From positions 1-44,142 of the IMG/VR virus record IMGVR_UViG_3300009702_000004: a stretch of DNA of 44,142 bases; one strand, 5' to 3'. Shown here one piece after another: positions 37,240 through 43,682 of this stretch. Numbering within the stretch: the stretch's first letter is position 1; every line of letters begins with the position of its first letter. Under the pieces are notes generated by a model that was not told the DNA's origin, searched no databases, and was given only the letters and a program-made list of their open reading frames with translations. Both the position numbers and the translations under genes were made by a program. The stretch comes from a virus.

Positions 37240-37640
37240 TCTGCTGATGCTTCCGCGTAGTCAGCAGCATCAGGCTTCTCTTCCTGCTGCTGCTCTTGCG
37301 GGCTTCCTACGCCATCAAGCATGGTGATCTCGGAGGCCACGATCTCGGTCGTGTACCGAGTGTTGTTCTCCTTGTCCGTCCACTTGCGGTATTGGAGGCG
37401 GCCCTCTACGTAGACCTTGGAGCCCTTCTTCAGGTACTTCTCCGCGATCTCTGCCAGTCCGCGCCACACGACGACCCGATGCCACTCGGTCTTCGTGATC
37501 TTGTCGCCCGCGGCGCTCTTGTAGGTGAAGTTTGTTGCCACTGACAGCGTGGCTACGCTGTCGCCGTTGTTGGTCATGTTGATCTCGGGGTGCATTCCGA
37601 GGTTACCGATGAGCATGACTTTGTTGAGTCCACGAGACAT
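37236..37640 (-). CDS. ssb: Bacterial-type OB-fold single-stranded DNA-binding protein
   Basis: LNKVMLIGNLG...TEWHRVVVWRGLAE...VYVEGRLQYRKW is a canonical SSB core. The C-terminus lacks the usual DDDIPF tip. Confidence 0.9.
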   Translation of the reverse strand: MSRGLNKVMLIGNLGMHPEINMTNNGDSVATLSVATNFTYKSAAGDKITKTEWHRVVVWRGLAEIAEKYLKKGSKVYVEGRLQYRKWTDKENNTRYTTEIVASEITMLDGVGSPQEQQQEEKPDAADYAEASAE

Positions 37641-37644
37641 GATA

Positions 37645-37878
37645 TTATTCCTTTTCGTTATCGCTCAGACGTAGCGATTGGTTGATGAGCATGCTTGTGG
37701 CGATGTTGCCCAAGTTGCTCAGATGGTCACTTAGCATTGAGTGGCGGTCTTCGGCTTCGTTGCCGCCTCTGCTCTGCTCTATTGCGTCGTTTGCATGACG
37801 CTGTACTGCTGTCAGGCCTTCGATGACTTCTGTCAAGAGCCTGACGTCTTCGAGGAAGCCTCTGGTCGTGTCTAGCAT
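37645..37878 (-). CDS. Hypothetical early protein, 77 aa
   Basis: Compact ORF. Confidence 0.5.
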   Translation of the reverse strand: MLDTTRGFLEDVRLLTEVIEGLTAVQRHANDAIEQSRGGNEAEDRHSMLSDHLSNLGNIATSMLINQSLRLSDNEKE

Positions 37879-37884
37879 GATGGT

Positions 37885-38106
37885 TTAGCTCTCCTCTGTT
37901 AGGGCTTCGATGTAGTCCATCACCCGCGTCTTCGCTTGGGCCGCTTGGATGTAGGCGGTTGCTGCGCGTTCGAACCTGCCTTCTTCTACGCGGTCATCCT
38001 TTGCTTCTCTGAGCCTCATCTTCAAGTTGGCTGACGTTCTTATCAGCTCATCAATGAGGGTATTTCCATCTACTGGTGGGCACGAGATGTAGGTGCTTTT
38101 CATCAT
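37885..38106 (-). CDS. Hypothetical early protein, paralogue of 32829..33155
   Basis: See 32829..33155. Confidence 0.55.
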   Translation of the reverse strand: MMKSTYISCPPVDGNTLIDELIRTSANLKMRLREAKDDRVEEGRFERAATAYIQAAQAKTRVMDYIEALTEES

Positions 38107-38111
38107 TTTGG

Positions 38112-38486
38112 CTATCTCCTATCTGTGTGGTGGTACTGGTGAACATAGACTTTGAGCCCGGAGGCCGTGGCCAGGTTTATCATGTGTTTCGTTCCGCGGC
38201 TCTTTCCATCCCAAATTGCGATGAGTGCGTCGGCATATTTTGCCATTTTCGCGTTTCGCTTGTAGCCTGCACTTCTTCCGAAGCGTTCCCATTGAGCAGG
38301 GAATCTCTTGATCGGTATGCCGTAGAACTTGGCCAGTTGTTCGCCTATTTGGTCAACGCCGCGAGCACATCCTGACACTATTTCTGTGATGTGAATGCTG
38401 TGAGGTGGTAGGTCGGCTATGTTCATGGCGTCTTGTACAGTCTTGTTGTCGTTGATGTTTCGAGAACCTGCAATGATTGTCTTCAT
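38112..38486 (-). CDS. SLOG/DUF2493-like Rossmann-fold protein, first gene of the early block
   Basis: MKTIIAGSR...IVSGCARGVDQIGE...YKRNAKMAKYADALIAIWDGKSRGT pattern. RBS GAGGAG. Confidence 0.55.
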   Translation of the reverse strand: MKTIIAGSRNINDNKTVQDAMNIADLPPHSIHITEIVSGCARGVDQIGEQLAKFYGIPIKRFPAQWERFGRSAGYKRNAKMAKYADALIAIWDGKSRGTKHMINLATASGLKVYVHQYHHTDRR

Positions 38487-38519
38487 GAGCTGGCTATCTC
38501 CTCGGTGCGGGTGGTGATA

Positions 38520-38624
38520 ATGCCTCGACGGGACTCGAACCCGTTACGTTTGACCGACTCAAGGCACATCAGCTGGGAGCGCCCAACTGACTATTACTGG
38601 TGCTGCATCCCCATACTCGGGGCA
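38520..38624 (-). ncRNA. tRNA-like element (T-arm plus acceptor helix, no anticodon arm)
   Basis: ACGGG-UUCGAGU-CCCGU followed by CGAGGCA. That pairs 6 of 7 with UGCCCCG 97 nt upstream. An internal 8-bp hairpin CAGUUGGG-CGCU-CCCAGCUG is present. The element ends 33 nt before the first early gene. Confidence 0.4.
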
Positions 38625-39584
38625 GGTATATGCATCGTGATCTAGTGGTCTTCTTCAGGTCGGAGGTTCGCTCTTTATCGCGCTCTACTACCGATGAATG
38701 GGGCGCCACACCCAATCTCCCAACCTGTCTCTCCCGGTCATCTGCTACTTCTGATGTCCGGCACCGCCCTGAGTACGAGAGGGCACGACATGACCTAACC
38801 ACTCGCTGCTGCTTGGGGATCAAAGGTCTCCACAAGATACCAGTGCCGAGCTTCGCTACAAGGCCAAGATGCCTCATTCCTCGTTCGCCTCATCAGAGGG
38901 CGTCTATGGTTCGGGCGCTGTACTCAGGGGTCCAACACTCACTGAGCCCTAGCCTGACGGGGTGCCCCGCCGTCTCCCTAGTCGCCAGTGCTGCTCGCGT
39001 AGTGCCTCCGACGACAGCATAAGGTCAGCGAAGGAGGCGCATAGGAGCGTAGCGACGATTAGCGCTGACTGGTCCTCCAGAGCGAAGCGCAAGGGTCTGC
39101 CCAGAGGGCCGAGGAGCGTAGCGACGAGCCCTTGCGTGTAGCGAAGAGGGCGCTACCGTTGTGCTGTCTAGGGGGCACCCAGCGAGCCACGTCGGCGGCG
39201 CAGGGTTAAGACGTCGAGGGCACCCCGATGCTAGGAATGCTCCGGGACGTGGACCTAGAGGACAGTGTTCGGACCATGGTCGATGCCGAGGCGGGCGTGG
39301 AGTGTGACATTGGCGCTCCGAAGCTCGGTCATCGATTGTGGAGGCCCGCACAAGCGAAGCGATGGACTTGGACGGTCGCTCCTCATTAGGTGTCTGCTGT
39401 ATGCTGCGCCGCCCCGCGCACGTAGGGGCCACACCGAAGGTGTGTCATAGATGCCACCGCACGCTGTTATGCGGTAGGCATCATGATGCTCGTGGGTATT
39501 GAAAAAGACCGATCCTTCGTGCAACTATGTGCATCTCAAGAAGCGCTGTGTGCCATCGGCTTGGTCGGGCAAAAGGAGGGCCCG
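38625..39584. ncRNA. Candidate large structured non-coding RNA (class and strand unresolved)
   Basis: About 1 kb with only junk ORFs on both strands. GC is visibly higher than in the flanks. It contains many local GC-rich helices and internal repeats. Confidence 0.4.
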
Positions 39585-39636
39585 CCGAGGTCACCAAAGG
39601 AGACACCCCAAGTGTCTCCTTTTGGGGACACCTCGG
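39585..39636. terminator. Long imperfect hairpin with a bidirectional intrinsic-terminator appearance
   Basis: AAAGGAGACAC-CCCAA-GTGTCTCCTTT (39596-39622) is flanked by CCGAGG/CCTCGG. It is followed by TTTT on the plus strand and TTTGG on the minus strand. Confidence 0.5.
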
Positions 39637-39748
39637 GAACCGTATGGTGGCCCTCGGCCGGAACCGGATGCGGTGGTAGTGGGGCCGCGCCGGGAGGCTC
39701 CGAAGGAGCCCCCCGGGGGGGACCGCCCGAGCGACAGCGAGGGGGGGG

Positions 39749-39866
39749 AGGCGCTCGGGTCTGACCCAAAAAATTCGAGTGGAGGCGCGCTCGGGTCTGA
39801 TGACCCAAAAAATTCGAGTGGTGGAATACCATCGTCGGAATGCCTCCTGTGTGACCCAAAAAATTC
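39749..39866. repeat. Three direct repeats containing GACCCAAAAAATTC
   Basis: Copies start at 39763, 39802 and 39853. The first two extend to about 34-39 nt (aggcgc(gc)tcgggtctga(tg)cccaaaaaattcgagtgg). Confidence 0.9.
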
Positions 39867-39978
39867 CGGCGAGGCGCTGTACGCCCTCCTAAGGCCCGAC
39901 CCCAAATAAAAGGGCCTGGGAGTCGTACATCATACCGTTTGCGGCCCCTGCTCGGGCTGGAGTGGGCCCGTGTCCGTT

Positions 39979-40545
39979 TTATCGGATGCCAAGGACGGCT
40001 ATGTACGCCGAATGCGTCATAGCAAGCCCAAAAGCGGATGTGACGTGCCAGAGGCCGTGATTGACCCACTTTCGGATGCCCAAAGCCGCCACGAGGGCCA
40101 AGGTGGCCCATGAGAGGCTCATGAGGGGGGCCGGATAGAGGCTGACTACCGAGATCCCCGAACAAAACCCGAAGAGGAGAGGCGGAATGCCAAGAAATGC
40201 CACCTTGTGCTCCATCTTCATGTGTTGGAGCTTACGGCTCACTCGAAGCCGCCATCCGAGGGGTACAGCCGTGATGGGGGCGAAGATGAGGGGGAAGCCG
40301 AATACCAGCAGACCGAGATAGAGGAGGACGGCATAGATCATCCCCACATCCCAGCTGTTGCCGTTTCTGCCCCCGGCGTGGTAGTAGGCGGAGGTGAGGC
40401 CAAGGCCGGTCATCATTCCCGCCCACAGCGGGTCTCCGGAAAGGAGGCCCACCGCGGGATAGGCGAGACTGGTCAGGACTTCCCACCGGAGGAAATGCTT
40501 AGCGGGGGGAAACGTCACCACGATCCGTCTCCTCGTCGTCCCCAA
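39979..40545 (-). CDS. Multi-pass membrane protein (weak ceramidase/PAQR-like His motifs)
   Basis: About five hydrophobic helices, with YYHAG...SWDVGMIY and GLWHVTSAFG. The start is uncertain because the 5' end overlaps the upstream gene. Confidence 0.55.
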   Translation of the reverse strand: MGTTRRRIVVTFPPAKHFLRWEVLTSLAYPAVGLLSGDPLWAGMMTGLGLTSAYYHAGGRNGNSWDVGMIYAVLLYLGLLVFGFPLIFAPITAVPLGWRLRVSRKLQHMKMEHKVAFLGIPPLLFGFCSGISVVSLYPAPLMSLSWATLALVAALGIRKWVNHGLWHVTSAFGLAMTHSAYIAVLGIR

Positions 40546-40801
40546 GGCCGAGCTGGCGAAGGAAATCGAGAGACATGATGTCCTCCGGGGCTACGCCCTT
40601 CGGCAGAGTCAGAACTACGCCCTCTTTCAGGAACCCACTGATCTTGCCGGCAGCGTCGAGCGCTATGGCGCCATTGCGGGCCGCCTGAGCGACGGTGTGG
40701 CGATAGTTGGTTCTGATCTCGGCGCCCATGGGGGTCCGGGTCACGGCATAGTATGCGACTTCGGTGGTCTTGCCCGACTGAGCGGGGGTAGCATCAGCCA
40801 T
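40499..40801 (-). CDS. Hypothetical protein, 100 aa
   Basis: I chose ATG 40801, preceded by AAGGAAGG. Confidence 0.55.
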   Translation of the reverse strand: MADATPAQSGKTTEVAYYAVTRTPMGAEIRTNYRHTVAQAARNGAIALDAAGKISGFLKEGVVLTLPKGVAPEDIMSLDFLRQLGLGDDEETDRGDVSPR

Positions 40802-40926
40802 TTTTGGTCCCTTCCTTTTCTTGTGATACGGCGCATTCATTGCACCAGATGAGTTGAAGACGCCCGATCTTGCGGACGTGGCATTTCTTACACAGCATAT
40901 GCTCCGGCACTGTCGTCGGTTTACTG

Positions 40927-41199
40927 CTACCCTTCGAGGTCACGGAGCCATCCGGGGCGGTCGTCTTTCTTACCTGGGTCGGCCCCGGCGGTCGCCGATT
41001 CGACCCAGCCCACCAGATAGGCCATCATATGAGATTCAGCAAACTGTAGGGCATGACTCCTCAGCTCTACCTCGCTCGCCTCTGGCATCCGCACGCGGAG
41101 GAGAGTGAGGAAGTTGGCCACGCTTGGAGTTGATTCCCATCTCTGATAGAGAGAGATCAAGGCTCCCGGGGTGGGATCGTGTTCGATATTGCTACCCAT
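40927..41199 (-). CDS. Hypothetical protein, 90 aa
   Basis: The internal ATG 41199 overlaps the upstream stop (ATGGGTAG). Confidence 0.5.
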   Translation of the reverse strand: MGSNIEHDPTPGALISLYQRWESTPSVANFLTLLRVRMPEASEVELRSHALQFAESHMMAYLVGWVESATAGADPGKKDDRPGWLRDLEG

Positions 41200-41488
41200 C
41201 GATCTTTTTTCCCTCCTTCTCTTCTTTCCACCGGCGCCGACAGTCTGGCCGATCACAGGGGCACAGGTCGGGCCGATTGCAGCCGAAGCTGCGGTAGTAG
41301 GATTCATCAAACTGCATTTTGTTTCCCATGGGCCGCGGGGTGTCGCCTTTGCCGCTATTCTGCTGCTGCCGCGCCATGGCTCTCTTAGACGACCGAGAGA
41401 TCGGCATCCCGAGATGAGCCGCGACCTCTTCTTTGGAGAAATCGACTACCGGCCTCCCGCTGGACGGATCTGTGTATTTTTGGGGCAT
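41192..41488 (-). CDS. Hypothetical protein, 98 aa, with a Cys cluster
   Basis: Carries CNRPDLCPCDRPDC. Basic. Confidence 0.5.
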   Translation of the reverse strand: MPQKYTDPSSGRPVVDFSKEEVAAHLGMPISRSSKRAMARQQQNSGKGDTPRPMGNKMQFDESYYRSFGCNRPDLCPCDRPDCRRRWKEEKEGKKIDG

Positions 41489-41510
41489 ATTGCCGCAAAA
41501 TCCTTCCTTT

Positions 41511-42032
41511 TTAGGCTATTAGAGCCCGTATGGTGGGAATTTTCAAACTGAAATTGCTGAACCAAACCTGTTCGACGGCAACGCCGAAGTCCTGAGTCTG
41601 TTCATCAGCCAGTCGGGCGAGCTCCCGGAGAAAGTTGCGGCGTCTGGCGACGGTCTCGAAGCGATCTATGTCTACCTCAGCCAGTCGCTCCGCGAGGACG
41701 GCCTCCAGGATCTCTGTCATGCTCTCTTCATAATCGTCAACTTTGAAGAGAGCCGCGGTGGCGTCGATTACTTGCACCCAAGCGCTGGCCTCGAAGTTGA
41801 GGGTCGTCCCATCTTTCAGAGTGATGTCTTGGCGTGAACCAACGATCACGAATGGCACTGTGGTCACAGGGAGCACGTCTCCCAATATCGGGCAGACGAG
41901 ATAGATCCCGGGCCCTTTCTCTTTCCGCGGTCTGTTGAACCACGTCCTGATGCCGGTCTCCCAGCCTTGGACGTGCCTGACCGGGAACAATTCTGTCATT
42001 ATGTCTACCAGAAACTCCCATAATACACCCAT
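41511..42032 (-). CDS. SPFH/Band-7 (stomatin-prohibitin) domain protein
   Basis: VRHVQGWETGIRTWFNRP...GPGIYLVCPILGDVLPVTTVP...DITLKDGTTLNFEASAWVQVID follows the SPFH pattern. Confidence 0.55.
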   Translation of the reverse strand: MGVLWEFLVDIMTELFPVRHVQGWETGIRTWFNRPRKEKGPGIYLVCPILGDVLPVTTVPFVIVGSRQDITLKDGTTLNFEASAWVQVIDATAALFKVDDYEESMTEILEAVLAERLAEVDIDRFETVARRRNFLRELARLADEQTQDFGVAVEQVWFSNFSLKIPTIRALIA

Positions 42033-42083
42033 TTCTAATTGTTCTCCTTCGTGGTGGATTTGCGTTGATTTTGAATACTAGAG

Positions 42084-42156
42084 CTGGGACACAGGGGGTC
42101 GAACCCCGAACCTTCCGGGTAACAGCCGGACGCTCTGCCAGTTGAGCTACATCCCA
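42084..42156 (-). tRNA. tRNA-Asn (anticodon GTT)
   Basis: I folded it by hand. Acceptor UGGGAUG/UGUCCCA, D-arm GCUC-AACUGGCA-GAGC, anticodon arm UCCGG-CUGUUAC-CCGGA, T-arm CGGGG-UUCGACC-CCCUG. CCA is not encoded. Confidence 0.9.
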
Positions 42157-42174
42157 TCGTTGTTGTGAATACAG

Positions 42175-42215
42175 CCTATAGCTTGTAGACATGTGAGTTT
42201 GCAACAAGCTATAGG
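42175..42215. repeat. Perfect 12-bp inverted repeat with a 17-nt spacer
   Basis: CCTATAGCTTGT ... ACAAGCTATAGG, between the stop of the 149-aa gene and the tRNA. Confidence 0.9.
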
Positions 42216-42238
42216 TTGTATTTACACAGCAGCGCCTA

Positions 42239-42688
42239 CTAGGCGTCCCAAACGGCGACGAGACCCTCGGTGCCGTCTTCCTTCTGGACCCGCATCCAGC
42301 CGCTTGAGGCGGCGGTCATTCCAGCAGGGCCGTTCGCTGAGAGCGAGGCGGCTACGGCGCCATTGGCGGGCTGCGCAGAGGCCTTGCCGAGAATCTCGGG
42401 TAGAGCCACTTCGAGCCACCGTCCGTTGTTGACATCACCGACTGCGGCGAGCATCTTGGACTGACCGCGCCGCACAGTGGCGACTCTGCGGCCAAACACG
42501 TCCACCAACTCCACATCGCCATCGGCGTTGGCCTCGACGGATACGGCGTAGCCTTCGGCCACGGTCGCACCAGTGCCATCATCGACGGCGGGCAGGAACG
42601 CTTTGACCTTGAAGGCCAGTGCTGAGGTCACTACGGTGTCCGTGTTGGCGATCTGTTCGCCATCCGCGGCCAATACTTTCAGAGCCAT
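42239..42688 (-). CDS. Hypothetical virion-associated protein, 149 aa, sharing a C-terminal motif with the tail fibre
   Basis: The C-terminus GWMRVQKEDGTEGLVAVWDA parallels the fibre C-terminus QWVEIDINGVAHWIPVWT. Confidence 0.6.
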   Translation of the reverse strand: MALKVLAADGEQIANTDTVVTSALAFKVKAFLPAVDDGTGATVAEGYAVSVEANADGDVELVDVFGRRVATVRRGQSKMLAAVGDVNNGRWLEVALPEILGKASAQPANGAVAASLSANGPAGMTAASSGWMRVQKEDGTEGLVAVWDA

Positions 42689-42767
42689 CTGTACTTCTCC
42701 TCTATGGAAAGGGGTGCTGCAAGAAGCCCTCCACGCCGGGATTTACCGACCTCGGGGGCGGGGGTTA

Positions 42768-42926
42768 CTACTCTTCCTCTTCGCCGCCATCTCCTTCTTC
42801 GAGCGGCTGTAGCGCATTCAACTCATTGACAAGCTGAAACACTTCTCCGAACGGCTGCAGCGCCAGATACTCAAAGATCTTCTGAGCTAGGCCCTGTGTG
42901 ATTACCAGCTTTCTATCAGAGTTCAT
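42768..42926 (-). CDS. Small protein, 52 aa, with an acidic tail
   Basis: ATG 7 nt after AAGGAG. Ends in EEGDGGEEEE. Below the track threshold. Confidence 0.5.
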   Translation of the reverse strand: MNSDRKLVITQGLAQKIFEYLALQPFGEVFQLVNELNALQPLEEGDGGEEEE

Positions 42927-42938
42927 CGGTGTCTCCTT

Positions 42939-43667
42939 TTAGGGATCTCGGGTTTCTACTCGGACTTGAAACTCGCGGACCTGTGCTGTGTTGGTGGCAT
43001 GGGCTGATGTGAATTCCAATTTGATATATCGTGCATTGCTTTTCTTTGAAGCGAGAACATGTTCGACCCAAGTACCGCCAAGTCCAGTCCAAACAATGGT
43101 GATTCCGCTTTCCAATAGATTCGCGGCGTCATCAATCTTTCTCAGATTCTGCGCTGCACGAACTGTGATATTGGCAAGTTGTTCTGTGACAGGTTCCGCA
43201 GTATTGTATCTGAAACGGATCTTACTGATCTTCTTGGGATAAGATCGAATTCGATAGACGATGTGATGTGTCTCGTTTACAGCATGGCGCCATGAGGTTC
43301 CATTGTCACCATCAATACTATTGGTAGCAACATTGGTACCAGTCTCTCCACAGAAGGATTCTATAGCTTCTGGTGTGAACCACGCTCCGTCACGGACCGA
43401 AAAGTTTTCGGTGCGATTGTCATAGGCATAATAATCCACACGATCCTTCAACATATCAGATTCTTCTTGCAGGGCTGTGTCGAAGGAAGCCAGATCAGGA
43501 AAATCATAGCACATCGCTACATCGGCTCTCACAGAATCAGACAGAGACTGAAGTTCTACAAGCTTCAGAATGCGGGCATCGTCGTCTACCTTAACGAATG
43601 TCTGCGGGTCGATGTAAAGATCTAACTCAGTTCCCGCATTCTGGGGACGATAAAAACGAATGGGCAT
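42939..43667 (-). CDS. Discoidin (F5/8 type C)-like carbohydrate-binding protein
   Basis: SIDGDNGTSWRH ... ARYIKLEF ... VREFQV pattern in the C-terminal half. Adjacent to the fibre gene. Confidence 0.5.
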   Translation of the reverse strand: MPIRFYRPQNAGTELDLYIDPQTFVKVDDDARILKLVELQSLSDSVRADVAMCYDFPDLASFDTALQEESDMLKDRVDYYAYDNRTENFSVRDGAWFTPEAIESFCGETGTNVATNSIDGDNGTSWRHAVNETHHIVYRIRSYPKKISKIRFRYNTAEPVTEQLANITVRAAQNLRKIDDAANLLESGITIVWTGLGGTWVEHVLASKKSNARYIKLEFTSAHATNTAQVREFQVRVETRDP

Positions 43668-43682
43668 ATTATTGACGGCTCC

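Noticed and set aside
38520-38545. attP-type tRNA fragment implying a temperate lifestyle.
   Set aside because: No integrase, excisionase or repressor is recognisable anywhere in the genome. It is not fully excluded and is kept as an alternative under the tRNA-like finding.
38772-38782. Sarcin-ricin-loop look-alike AGTACGAGAGG on the plus strand (an 11-nt identity to the 23S rRNA SRL).
   Set aside because: The flanks do not match 23S rRNA. The 3' strand reads GGGC instead of GGAC/GGAA, so the bulged-G motif is not supported. The local stem GCCCT/AGGGC competes with the SRL fold. I keep it only as a curiosity inside the larger block.
38889-38896. Hammerhead ribozyme core CUGAUGAG on the minus strand.
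   Set aside because: No complementary helix II and no following CGAAA element is present.
38625-39584. RNase P RNA, rRNA fragment, or group II intron.
   Set aside because: I could not find the RNase P GAGGAAAGUCC box on either strand. There is no extended rRNA similarity, and no domain-V-like hairpin or reverse-transcriptase ORF. This is only a by-eye exclusion.
39749-39866. CRISPR array.
   Set aside because: There are only three copies, the spacing is irregular (39 and 51 nt), the repeats are partly contiguous, and there are no cas genes.
38569-40165. Track ORFs inside the non-coding block (38569..38877, 38600..39022, 39025..39432, 39255..39524, 39483..39909, 39536..40165).
   Set aside because: The translations are R/P/S/G-rich with no domain-like segments. 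They overlap each other on both strands and lack Shine-Dalgarno sites. 39536..40165 also overlaps the credible membrane-protein gene out of frame.
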